A stretch of 64,000 bases of DNA, taken from assembly GCA_976226885.1 (NCBI GenBank), contig OZ320322.1:37076001-37140000 (forward strand). The letters run 5' to 3'. Made by a program: the position numbers and the translations under genes. Of this stretch, positions 39,061 to 52,100 are shown one piece after another. The DNA comes from Iphione sp. A-MEVVRFRX5 (lineage: Eukaryota). The notes beneath the pieces were generated by a model. It made no database searches and was not told where the DNA came from. It saw only the letters and a program-made list of their open reading frames with translations. Positions within the stretch are counted from its first letter, which is position 1, and every line of letters begins with the position of its first letter.

Positions 39061-42000
39061 ACACATTCATACACAGGTGGCGGGGAAGTGTGGTCAGTGA
39101 TGGCACACACCAGAGAGGAGGCACCACCTCGGTTGGTCAGGTGTGCGTATGCTCAAAGCTGGCCAAATGTTCTTTGGCTTAATGCTTAAAGAGCCCGGAG
39201 AAGACAGAGAGGGTTTCCGATAGTGTTTAAAGTGGGTGAAGGGGGCGTTATCTTGCAGCCCGTTTTCATCACCCCACCTTATACAACGGTCACCTGGGCA
39301 CCGGGGGCCTTCATTGACCATTCAGTGAAATTCAGTCGGTCGGCCGCCCTTTCACCTACCGCTGGTCGTTTACCTGCCAAATGGTGGCCATAAAAATCTC
39401 CCTTGTCCGGGTATCTCCCACTACCCCCAGCAACACTGAAAAGCAAGCCAGAGAAAATATCGTAGAAATTGCACTTGGCTCACCCAATGACTGATAGTGT
39501 GGATGGGCGAAGGCCGCGGCGGTAGCGTCGGCGGAACCATTTTTTGAATTTGCGCGCCCAAAGTCCTGAATCGGTGAACGGCAAAAGGTATGCTGCTGTG
39601 GGGATGCACGCATAAACCATAGGCTGGAACGAAACGTCCGAATTTGCAAATCCTCATTGCTAATGTCGGCTCAGAAGTGGTATCTATCATTGCTGGGGAT
39701 CTCATAGAGTGACTGAAAATGCCCCTGCTGTTACCGTGTATTTAGATACAGAACGAAGAAGGTTTGAGTTTTGCCGCACGGGTTGACCCCGATTTCTGGC
39801 CTACATTGCTGGCGTTGCCAGCGCCCGTCAGGGGAGGCCATCGACAGAACAAAGAAAAACAAACGACCTGAGGAATACTGGCTTTGGTACCAGATTCTTA
39901 ATCCCCTCGAAGGGAACGTAAATTATTGCTCATCATCGGGGTTGTAATTCTAAGAAGGTAAGTATGAGTTAAATCGAGTTTTCGTCTGCGCTTACTGAGG
40001 CCTTTAAACCCAGCTGGGAGAATGTCTTAGATGTAAACAAAGTTAACCTACTTTCATACTAAAGCTGAAATATGACATGCAACGAACATGATCCTTGACA
40101 GACTGTCCGACGTTGTTCTGAATTGTATTTTGAGGACTGAAATACCGATTTCATTGGCAATTTTCTCTTAAATTCGTTACTTAAGTTTATTTGCATAATA
40201 CGCGTTGTGCTACTAACGATGACCCAGGGCGGGAAGCCATGATGCACAATGGCTGAATATATCACTGTCACTACACCTGGACAAAAATAGTTACATGTGG
40301 ACTAGATTATGAGAAGTGAGAATATACACGGGGGAATTGGGAATGATTATGCACATAGTACATGTGGATTTAATCGAATTTGACAACCAGTATTGCGCAT
40401 TCAATAGAGCAACGGATTATCAAAGTTTATGTTTATTATCGAACTTAACATTTTGGTTTTATGAAAAGGGAAAGGAAATTTATATATTTCCATTACAATA
40501 ACGCAAAAACGGGCTTTTACGTTGCCCAGTTTTCGTTTTCTCAAATAATGACGATAACCTGCTGACTCGCGAGGCGGTAAGGTCTCCATCCTGACCGAGC
40601 CATGTGCCGCGAAATGGTGGAAACGAAAACTAAGTCAAAAATACAAGTATAATAACTTCGGTGAAATTAGGGCTTGATTTGTAAATGGGAGTTTGCTTTC
40701 ACTCACAATTTGTTTTGAAAAGAGCGGAGTTATGCTGGTGAGGGGAATTACCCCCCCCCCCCCCTACTCTCTGTAACATAGCCAATATTGAGGCCCTCGT
40801 GGGAGGGAATTGGCATCTACTCGTATTATACAGGCTATGAAGTGCATGGATGTATTTCTAACTAGATGATAACATCCTTTGCATCCACGTAAAGCAAACC
40901 CACGAATTCGTCGGGTTGCATAGGTCATTTTCTTTTTTCCCCTCTAAAGAAGACATAGTCACGGAATAAAGATGCGCTACTATACCATGGCAAAGTGGCA
41001 GTAGTTTGCTATAAAAGCCTCCGTCTCGTGGCGAATTACTGCCAAAGTGACGAGGATGGGCATGTGATGGCCACTCCCGCTGCTATCTGCGCTCGGACAA
41101 AGAGAGGCGCTTGAACTAGGGGCATTAGGCATCCCCGAGCTATTACATTATTATATTAACGAAAAACATATGATCAATATTTGATAAAGCGGGCCATCCG
41201 CTCGTCCGCCGCTACGAGCTTTTATTCAATCTACTCATTTCCGTCGGAGTTGGCCCCGATTGGTTGAGAGCTGCTCGGGCGAGCAAATAAAACCTCATCC
41301 GCTTGGAGATTGTGCAGGCGCATCGTCCCCCCATCTCCAACAAAAAAAGAAGAAACGGAGAAGCAAGTGGGACTACGGGTGCTGAGGTGGGGATGCCTCT
41401 CCTCCAGTGTTGCGACTGACAACGGTGTCAGCGACAAAAGAAGCGAGCAGAACGGCGTGGCTATTATTAAATCTGCGAGCAGCTCCCCCCTGCCCGGCCG
41501 CTTGAGCCGGATATCACCTTGAGCAACTTGCACGAACAGTTTAAGCTTTAATAAATCAATACGCGAATCAGAAAGCGGGAATTTTCAGCGCGTAATGCCA
41601 CCGCGTCAGGACAATTTTCTTAATTAAGACAGGCCGGTAATTTTAGGCAAGGGAACGGGGGGTTGACGACAGTGTGGAGGGGATCTCTGCCACCCCTTGC
41701 ACCTCGGCCCCTGCAACGTTATGAACGTAGCCCAGCAGCGATGTAATCATCTAATAGTTCCAGGGTGCCTATATGAATCATATCCTCCCAAAACAATAGC
41801 ATTCTGATTAGAATGGGGTTTCACATGCAACTAGTGCGCCGGGAGGCGAAATGGGTGAGGCAGTGACCCGATTCTCTAGAACACCGAGGGAAAAATCCAT
41901 AACCATAATAAACATTAGCAGCTCTGCGTGGCAATAAAACGATTTAGATCTGCATATATCAGCAACAAGCCTATAGGCTATAATATCAAAAACAACAGAA

Positions 42001-44560
42001 CACAAAGAGCTTCACTGAAGGCAAACAGACGAGGAAAATACACGGATAATATCAAAACAAATCTGTACGTTTTCAACATTTATGATATAAGGATGAAGCA
42101 GTAGATTGGGCCCTGTCAATAGAAGACAACAGCCTGAGAACAGCATTGGGCAATAGGTAAAACCACTGCAACACGCTGCCCTCGTTATCTAAAATTGTAC
42201 AGACTCCAGAAAGGGTAAGAGCCGTTCGGACACGTGAGGATTTTTCTCCCTCTTTTTTTTGTGTCATTTGCATGCATGCGTGTTTGGTGTGCATTTTGAT
42301 GTGCGTGCGCATGTCTGTATGAGCGCACGGGCGTGTCCTGTCTGTCCGTGTGTGGGTTTGTCTGGGTGCGTGTGTCACGTCCCCGGCCACAACAAGACTC
42401 TAATGACTCGTCCCTTTCATGTCGACTGACCAAAGGCTGCAGCGGGCTTTTATTATAATTGGAAACACGAGCTACTCAGCGAGCGGATCGATAGGTGCTC
42501 GTGCTGGCCTGATTAAGGCTCGGCTGGCCGCTCTAGCCTTCCACCATCCCGCCCACCCATCCTGTCCCAATTCCCGAGAAGCTATCGCGGACAGGAAGCG
42601 GTGTTTATGGCTGATCTCTGTACCGGTTCCGGTGCGCTGCACATAGCCGACCTTGCCGACGAAACAAAGGCGCGACTGGGCCCTATGGCAGGTGTATGGG
42701 TGATGGAGAGCTGGTGGTAGGGATAGGGGGTAGCACACCTGAGAGGTTGCCATAGAAACCATACTCGTATGTGTCACTTTTATGATTAGGGGTTATAAGC
42801 ATAGTAGATTGGCGCGCTAGATAAACCAAATTGTAATATCTGAATGTAATCCTGCGTAACACTGTCTGGTGTTTCTTTATGCTTTTATTTTGTATGCGTG
42901 GTCATTTTTCACGGTCGCCTGTGTATCTTGTCGGTGGGCATGTTTTGAAGATATACATGCATTGGTAGGTGCAAGAGAAGGAAAATCAGTTGTCAGCTGA
43001 ATAAGTACAATTCATTTATACAAGTATTGTGATATTTTTACGACACACGCACATTCAAATAAGTGTCAATACCTCAAATGATTTATCAAGTTGTTTAAAA
43101 ACTGTAGACGTTATATTGCTGACAGTCTATCACGTGACTTTCTACTGCCGCCCCCTCTAGTGGTCTTAGATTGAAGCCTTGTTTGTGCTGTCCGGGTCTG
43201 GCTATCCATTGTGTTTACACCGGGGTGTAACCATGCCAACGTATCGTTCTCATTGATGATCAGAACGGGTGACCGAATCTATGTGTGTACCTATACACCT
43301 TCCATGCTCAATGTGGAATGTCAGTATCTTTTCTGATGTACTTTTGGTTATACAGTGTAGGTATTTGTTGGCGTGAGTCTGTGTACCATTGCATTTGGTC
43401 AATTAAACAAAAGCGTGGCGCACTGCTTGACACCTAGTTTTTGGTACACCATGTACATGAACACTTTTGTAGTGTTTCGTAAACCATGTGCATGTACATT
43501 TTTTGTATTCTACTCTGAGGAAGACAGTTTCATGTACGACTGATTGAAATACGGATATCGATGTGCATATATTTTTTAATGGGAAATTATGCCGTTTATC
43601 TTCCTGCATCAAGAAAAAGCAGTGTATCCGTTCAACAGCTGTTTTGGTCTTCAACACACTTATACCAGAGGTATGGCAGTGATGCGTACTGTGTGAAGGG
43701 TGTTACAGTGAATTACCAGCCTAATTAGGGTTGCAGCAGAAGGGAATCTTCACCCGTCTCTCTGAAACGATCACATTCTACTGCAGCAGTTAATCTAAAC
43801 ACTTACGTTTCAAACGGACGGTCATAGAGCTCGATATTATGCAGGTCTTTGATCCATAACAAGTAATATGTACGTGTATTCGTTTGAAGCTGATATGTAT
43901 GTGCAAGTACAAAAAAGTTTTTAAACGGATAAACATGTAACTTTTATTTTGTAGTGATCTATGAAAAGAAAGGTGTCACCGTTGATAATCTTGGGGGAGC
44001 GGACTCTATTAGACCATGAGTTGTCATTGTTAACTTTTGTCTCAAAATCCAGTTCCTTAATTCGGCATACTTAGTTGCATTTACCCAGAGGAGCACCTAC
44101 ATTCTCTCAATTATTGGATCCTTTCTGAGCACCAAAAGTGTCCACATTGCGTGTGAATTCCCCAGAAATTACGTAAGTCACAACCATCAGGATGACAAGA
44201 TTCACACGGCGGTCGCCTTCAGGCAAAGCGCAGAGGTTAACAAGGGGTCGTCGACCCAACATCCAGAGGAATTTTGCTTATTTCCCCCCCGAATGCTGAT
44301 CACCTTCCGGCCCCTTTCAAACGGACCACTCCTCTCACTTGGAAGGCGAAGTTACAGTTCTTTCATATCGTAGTATAAGTAAATATATTTACAAGCAGCT
44401 CTGAAAATTCTTTCTTTTTAGAATGTTTTCCTGTTGGAAGTAAACAGTTTTGATGGGATTTTCCACACATCACCGAAATGGTATAATGAAATCAGACAGA
44501 ATATAACTTCATTGTTCATGTTGTCCTTTTCTAGTTTCACAAGATTTAAGGAAAACATTT

Positions 44561-45167
44561 GTGACCAGCCAAGGAAAAAGGGTATTCCAGTGCAAACCTA
44601 TGGAAACTAAAGAACATTTTTGGCTATCATTTGGTGTAAAGATTGTGTAAATACTCCTTCTAGATCCTGAGATATCTCAGTTCAAAATTGATATAACCGA
44701 CCTTTCAAAAAGATGAAATTTAATGCTTAATGCATTCCTTGACATTCTATAGTCTAACTATCTAGATACTCTGAAATATATAAATTATTCTTAAGTTTTC
44801 ATTCTTTCACAGAATCTGTTCTAGAAAAGATATTTTTAAAAGGGTTTCAGTTCTTGATAGGGCATTTCTTATATTTCTGTATTATAAAGGCATTTAAAAT
44901 AATCCTAAAATTTTGTTACTATGGTAACTTAATGTATTCATTTATGTAAATTAGCTCATTTACATATCTGATCACATGACTTAAAATAACTTAATAAATA
45001 ATAAGAATTTACAAAAACTGACTTTTGCAACAGATTTTACAGGAAAAATTAGTAAAGAGAGTTTTTCATGACTAGATTTCCATTTCCTTAATTTTGGGCC
45101 TCAAATAATGGTTATTTACACTCTGACTTTTTTTGCGCCGGATACCCCTTTTCCCATGGCTGGTCAC
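44561..45167. mobile_element. Non-autonomous DNA transposon (MITE), Sola1-like
   Basis: About 37-bp imperfect TIRs (GTGACCAGCCAAGGAAAAAGGGTATTCCAGTGCAAA vs GTGACCAGCCATGGGAAAAGGGGTATCCGGCGCAAA). Perfect 4-bp TSD ATTT at 44557-44560 and 45168-45171. AT-rich non-coding interior. An AWWT TSD is reported for Sola1; the family call is inference. Confidence 0.8.
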
Positions 45168-45798
45168 ATTTGCAGAGAAAGAAAATACATCTACAGCAAA
45201 ACCTGCTTTCACGAAATCCTATAATCTAGGGATATTAATTTGCTGATTTGACTAAAGCTGAATACTTTTTTCAGCACATCGCAGAAATAAAATACTATTA
45301 AAAATACTATTCAAAAATTGGTAAATCGTTTAAAAGAAAAAAATACAACATGCATTCATTCTTAAAGACCATTGCCTAGATATTTATCCGAACAAACTTC
45401 CACATGAAAAAAACTACATGATTTACTCTGGTTAATCCTATCTGTTTGTATTGCCTCTCTGCTCATATTTTTGAAGATCAAACTCCAGGGGACGTATTCA
45501 TTTACTAGGGGAATTTTACCTGAGTGTGCGGGACTTGGTTTCCAGACCCAGGACTGTGCTTTTGCTTGCCTTCGGTTTGCCTACTGCTCTATGGCGACGG
45601 TCGACAGTGGGCCGTGGTGCCATAGTTCGCCAGATCCCAATGAACCAACAATGGCTGGCGCCAATGCACCCCGGCGCCCACCACTCTCCATCGGACTTGG
45701 AGACGCTTCATATCAACCCCGGACGACCAGTCGGTGTTTTCACAGACAACAAATAGTCCACGGCGCATGCGTGCTGGACTTCTTGCCGTTTGCAGGAG

Positions 45799-45808
45799 CT
45801 GTCAATCA
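45799..45808 (-). promoter_or_regulatory. PBX-MEIS/PREP composite site TGATTGACAG
   Basis: Exact match on the minus strand (ctgtcaatca). Confidence 0.4.
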
Positions 45809-45848
45809 CATTTCTGACACCAGATGGAGTTGGCTGCTGGATGGATGA

Positions 45849-45898
45849 GTGGGTGGGTGGGAGGGAGGATGGGTGGGTGGGCGTGTGGGTGGGTGGGT
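45849..45898 (+). repeat. (GGGT)n-rich G-tract, potential G-quadruplex
   Basis: Ten GGG runs with mostly 1-nt loops. Confidence 0.6.
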
Positions 45899-46451
45899 TG
45901 CTGTGCGGGTAGTTAGTTTGGCAGAGAAGGGGGGCTGGATGGAGGAGTACGACTGAGTGCCCACAAGATCAAACGTGGAATGCTTTTAATTAAACGTTCC
46001 CTGGGTCCAGTTTCACAGGCTTCTCTCTGCAACATAGAATCGGTCCTACTTGTCCAGAGCAGGCAACCCCGAGGCACTTTTGAGGCCGAGGTGCCATCCC
46101 GCCTCAACCGAACCCACCCATGTACCCACCAATGGGTCTCCGAGGTATTATGTGAAACCTTCAGCCGTGGGTGGAGCTCCAATCGACACCCCAGTCTGCC
46201 ATGCGGCCTCCAGCTGTCAAAACGACACACTTCACGGTCGGCCTCTCTCAGAGAGCCGAGCCACCCAGGAGGTTTACCAAGATGAGCTCAGGGCTTGAGT
46301 AATATAGAGGAACGCCTCCAAATCAGCCAGCAAAGTTAGCTTTAGCTCAGCATGTGTTCATATGTTTAATATGAAAAAAACTGACGCACAGCGGGAAAAC
46401 GTCAAATATTGCCCAAGATAGTAGATGGATCAGAAGAACTTTAATCTTTAA

Positions 46452-46804
46452 CCCAATAGGGACTGGAGATGCCTGCAGGCACTCCCCACATAGGTCCTGA
46501 AGATGCCTGCAGGCACTCCCCACATAGGTCCTGAAGATGCCTCCAGGCATTATTTAGGTTACATTATATAATAATGTGAATTTTGAATTTTAATGATTTT
46601 CCCATGAACAACATATTTACCACAATTGTAATTGTGTAATTTTTTATTATTTATATAAAAAGTATATATTGGTTTATGATTTTTTATATTGTATCTATTT
46701 ATTGGATGTCAATAGTCAAAGCCTTAGTCCTTTAGGAGGATAAAAACCCCTGTAGCCTAGCCCTATAGTGATTAAGTATCCAACCTGTCCCAGTCCTGAA
46801 TGGG
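46452..46804. mobile_element. piggyBac-like MITE
   Basis: TTAA on both sides (46448-46451, 46805-46808). CCC...GGG ends; TIR CCCAATAGGGACTGG vs CCCATTCAGGACTGG (12/15). Subterminal tandem repeat. Confidence 0.7.
46467..46549. repeat. 34-bp tandem repeat (2.4 copies) inside the piggyBac-like MITE
   Basis: AGATGCCTGCAGGCACTCCCCACATAGGTCCTGA twice identically plus a partial copy; each unit contains the palindrome TGCCTGCAGGCA. Confidence 0.9.
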
Positions 46805-47526
46805 TTAAGAATATGTACTTCTTAAAACGGACATGGTAGCGACAGAGAATACAGAATTCGAAGGGTTAATCGTAGGAACTAATTTTTCTCCCAAATCTTC
46901 GACATTCTTCTCACATTCTAAATTAAGAGGGCCAAGTTGAAGAAACTTTGTGTCACGTTGCTTCTAAAGCAATGTCAGAGCACATCTCATTCGATTCCGT
47001 CTTCCTATTTTTTTTTAATATCACCAAAGTAGCACCATCTTGTTTCTTTCTGTTGTAGTTGATGGCCAGATGACAGTAGAAACCGGATGACCCCGGTCCA
47101 AGCAGTGCGTTTGGCTCTTCAAGGAGGTTCAAGAGGTTCCCTGGCTGGCCGCCAGGTCGTGCGCCTAACTGTGTCACGTGAGATCTCGCAGTTGCTCATT
47201 GTCGATCGAGATTTGGCCGCGGGCGACTTGCCACGTCTGTGACGAGGTGCACGGCTGTTCAAGTGTGCGTGTGTGTGCATGTGCAAGTGAGTGTGTATGT
47301 AGGCTAGTGAGTCAGATGCTTGATGAACTACATGCCTATGAGTCTGAAAGGCCCTTTGAGTGAGTATGTGTACCCGTCAGTGGATGAGTACGTGTGTGGG
47401 TGAGTGACTTTGGATGTGAGTGAATGACTAGGTGTCTACATGTCAGTAAACTGGCTTGTGTTATTAACCTGAGATTCCTGAATGTATGTACGATCGATGT
47501 GCCATCAAAGAGAGAATGGTAGTCTG

Positions 47527-47730
47527 TTTCAGATTCAGATTTCAGATTCAAACTATTTATTGAGCAATCAGATTCACCTTTAAAGGAGATTTCCATACGA
47601 TGCTCACAATTTAAACCAACAAAAACTAATATAATAACACAAGAAAAAAGATATATTAACACCTCTTTCATACACATTGGTTTGCATGGGAAAGGAGCAA
47701 TAAGCATATAGCTTTACAAAATTTAACCTT
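47527..47730 (-). mobile_element. Possible 3' end of a non-LTR retrotransposon or SINE
   Basis: Minus strand AATAAA (47561-47556) followed by a short (AATCTG)-type tandem tail, a common LINE 3' end form. No clear ORF. Confidence 0.35.
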
Positions 47731-48798
47731 CATATCAATAAAACATAAGAAGACACCAATCTGACAGAAGAAGATAAGAAATACATAGGCAAGGAACTAT
47801 TAACATATATGTTTGAGGCTATATGCATGTACACGAGTATGTGTGCACAGTATATGATGGATATATATTTCAACTATCAGTATAACACGCAGATTATTTA
47901 GAGAGGGAATAAATGAGAGAGCATGCAAGCGAGTGTGTGTTCTATTTTCTGGCGGTAGAAGCGTTCAGGAAAGGCGCCGCTATCTCAAGAAGTCGTGCCA
48001 CGTCAATCTCTGTGTTTCAGTGGAGAACATGAAACAGACCCTTAACTTCTGAGGCAATGGTTCTCCCGAGGCCCCCTTGTACTGCCCCTTCAAGTCGATT
48101 TTCTTGAAGCAATCTGGAACGGCAGGCATTGCTGAGGAAAATAAACAAGTCTTCATTGCTGTCTTGAAAGCAGACATTACTTGTACAGAGCCTTGCGATG
48201 TTCCTATGAACTTTCTGGTTTTGTTGTTTTCCCTAACACACTTGGCATACACATGATATAGGCTAGTGATATGATGGTGGAAACCTTGTCATCTCCTATT
48301 TGATAATTTCTCTGTACTGAATCTGATTTACTTGTGTGCGATGAAAGTAAAAGATTTCATACATATCTGAAAATGCCTTTTGCTTAAAATGTAGTCACCG
48401 TATGTTTGCACATCTGCAAGAAGAATTACGAAAATATGGAAGTTGAAGGTGGCTAGCAGAATACAAACTCTCCAAATATTCGAGCACAAAATTCAATTCT
48501 AAAGTAATGTTCCTAATTTAGCCACCTCCACCATATATATATACATGTATATAAAATCGTTGCTCGTTTCATTTCATACGAGCTTTTCCGTCCAAGTGAC
48601 CTCTCGTTTGTTATATTTAGCGAGGTTCCAAAGAGAGGTATAAGCATAGACATATAATGAAAACTAAACTATTTATCGCAACGAGGATGCATAAGGATGA
48701 TTAACGAAATATCGAGAGTTGCTCAACAGCATTACTTACATGTTGAGATGAAACAATTTTCAGTTCTATACATTAAGAATATTGATTGATGATAGTAA

Positions 48799-49128
48799 GG
48801 CCTAAAAATAAATTCTGTGTTTTTGGTGACAAGCAAAAAAAAGAGAGTGGCTCGGTTGGTAGGTACCTTTTCATTTTTCTTTTTTCCAATGTTAATTCAG
48901 GCTTGCAGGAAGAAAGGGTGTAGGGTTATATCACTTCTTCTACTTACATTTTATTGAAACTTATATCAAATGAAAACTAATCACGTGGGTAGTAATTTGG
49001 TGTATAGAACATGTCTCAATCAGGATTCATTCTGAATTTATTTTTAAAAAAAGAAGAAAAAAAGGTTACAATTGGCTTTAATGTAGGGTTGCTCGGATTA
49101 CCCGAAACAGACATTTTTAATTTAGGCC
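48799..49128. mobile_element. PIF/Harbinger-like MITE
   Basis: TAA TSD at 48796-48798 and 49129-49131. 31-bp TIRs starting GGCCTAAA, 22/31 identical. Confidence 0.72.
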
Positions 49129-52100
49129 TAATGTGTGTATGCACTGTTGGTTTTCGTATAGTGTGAGGAAAGTCCGTTAGGAGGCCTACTGGTGCTGTTT
49201 GAATATTAATGAGATGCGGGGGTGCCCACAACATTGCGTCACAAGCAGCAACTGGGGCCAATTATGTACCGGTGCTTTATACCTTTTCTCCCGAGAAATA
49301 TTAATAAAAAGTATTGGTTATATCATAAGTACATACCGAACTAAAGGAAAGTGCAAATTCTTCACAAAAATCAGTTCACTTGGTAACTGAAGGATGACGT
49401 GGTTCTCTTAATATGGAGACCCTAATAACCTGTAACAAAGGCACCATTTAAGGTATGCCGCATACCAGGCGAAGCTCCTAACCATATAACCCAACGCGTC
49501 CACTTATCTGATGGTAAAGGAACACAAACCCACTGTCTCGACTCCTTATACGTTATGCTAATAGCCCCGGTAGTGACCCAAAGAAGGACCCAGGGGGCAG
49601 GCATGAGGGGGCACTAGAATAAACCACCATCACCAGCCTCAACCCCTGTAGGGGATTCTCCCTACCAGCATAGCCACTGTATAATAGACAACTTCGTCGC
49701 AGACCTGCAATTATGGAAAGAAAGCAATAAAACGCGTTAGTTCTACACGTGATTCAATCGAAATCAATTGAGAGTAAGGTGCCTTACTAGTGGTGGGACT
49801 GGGCAGTGTTAAGGTTGGTCTTGGTGTGGTGAACACATATATACACATTAGAGGTCGTGGATTAAGGTTGATACTGGATGGTACGAGCTGCAGGAGGACG
49901 TACACATAAGCTTACTCGAGGAAACCACAAGATGGGACGGAGTTTCACGGGCTTCATCATTTCCGGCTCATCTTGGAAGAACCATTAAGGTTCCCGTTCG
50001 TCAAGTTGTTGGTGGGTATGTTAGACCTCAGTAAAAGGTGGAGGTAGACAGGGAACTACATGTATACATCAAAACTACTCCTCAGGACTTCACTGGAAAT
50101 GTATATGAGGCAAGCACAAATCACACTTCACGTAAGGGCACTTTTCTCAGTTTTTATCGCTTATCCTACCACACAATTGTGAGCACTGTACTTGTACGTA
50201 TGCATAACGGACAATGTGTTTTTTCAAATACGATATTATTGTAACGGACAGTAATACTCGACTCCATGCCGGCAATTCAATACGAAGGATCAATTGTAAC
50301 TCCAAATAAGACTTTCCGGAGACTGGGTAGTCAGAATGAAATGGACCGGTGAAGCACACAAAGACTAATGTACATGCATGCATGCATCCATCCATACATA
50401 CATGTAAATATGCACACCCAACTCACACCCCTCGAACACGCACACCAGGATCTACAATCAATAATGGGCGGTCAATGAAAGGCCGAGCTGACCTCACCTG
50501 ATGAAGGTATTACGGCACTATGTATATATACGAACACATTAACTGTACATGTACAGTAAATGTGTAATGGAGAGGTACTTTTTAAATGGGGTTGGGTCGG
50601 CTGGGGTATGAGGGTAGATACTGGTGGAAGCGACAAGCCGGATGGACATCAAACCACTCCTTCCCCGTACACACAAACTCACGACTGGTCCTCCTCCTCA
50701 TCGTCGACGACGACGACGACGGTCGGGCGTCGTCGGTGCATAATTGAGCGGAAGCAAACAGTGGACGTCGCGACGGGCGTCTGCCTGGCCTCGCCGCGTC
50801 CCCGGACCCTCAGGAAGAGCACTGGAGGAGGACGCAACCTGGGACCTGGATGCCAAACCCTGGAGAAGGCGGGGGTTTGGCGTCACCGGGCTTCACTATG
50901 CTGTCGGTAGGTCGTCACCAGATATTGGCAATGGCGGTCCATTTCCCCAACACCGTCGGTAAGGTGCTTTGACTCAGATGGGTGGGAGGTGTTGTCATAT
51001 ACATGCACATGTACAGGGATAGAGAAGCACTTGTGTTCAGGGGTAAAGCAAGAGAAGGGAATTATGGTTTTTGCCACCAAAAGTTGTACATCCCCCCTAA
51101 AAATAGCATTGTACAAAATATATGTCTTATGCCTGATCATCATCAGGATATTTCCATCTGGAAAAACAACACTTATTTTGGATACCCCCCCTCTCTTTGT
51201 CTCCCTTTCTGTCTGTCTGTCTGTCTGTGTGTCTCTCTATCCGCTTCTCTCTCTCTCCATAGACATATCAGCACTTTTAGGTTTCCTCATATTGCCATTT
51301 CCCAATCAGAAAACATTCATTTAACATTTTCTTGGCGCTCCATTTTCCAACAAACTTCTTTCGCATCCACATGTCCATCTTGTCCCCCCCCTGCCCTGCA
51401 CACATATACCACTGTTGATTCCAGCCACCACAAATTATCTATCTGGTCCCCAGGGGTCATTTTGTCTTTTGTAGTTGATGCATCTGCATGTAAAGACATT
51501 CACACTCCCCGGTCTGTGAGCCTCTGTACCCATGCTTTACACAGACAACATTCATAATATCACTATCACTCAGAGTTACACACATGCAATGTTCAAAGAA
51601 ATCATTCTCGTAACTAAGATAGCAAAACTAAATGGGTGAATCACGAAGCCTAATTTTCACTGAAATCACCTATGTATTACACGTGCATATTCAGCATTGC
51701 ACATTATCACATACGCGCATCCTCCCACAAAGGTCTACCTACCTACTTATCAACGCTCACAAACACTTCCTTTTAGAAGCCTGCGTGTCTGACAGAACTG
51801 AATTAACCTGAGATCCTAGGTACAAGCGTCCCTGATCCTAGTTTAGGAGTCAATAAGTCACATCAAAGACCAGGGGCGGGACACAGGTGTGTCTTACCTG
51901 GTGTTAATTTCCTGCGAACCACGCCCTGATTACAGGTGAGAGCTTGAGCTTCCTTGGTGGCCTTGGAGGCGGAGGTTTTACACCTGTGCAAGTAACCACT
52001 AAAAAAGAATCTCGCAAAGAAAACCACCTGTGAGGGAGGCCGTTTGAAATTGAACAGCTCCCAGCCGTCTTTAGCAATACAAAGAGAGAAGGGCGAAGCA

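Noticed and set aside
47980-48252. LINE RT fragment (GTSQGSV resembling GVPQGSV)
   Set aside because: No YADD-type motif follows; single weak motif.
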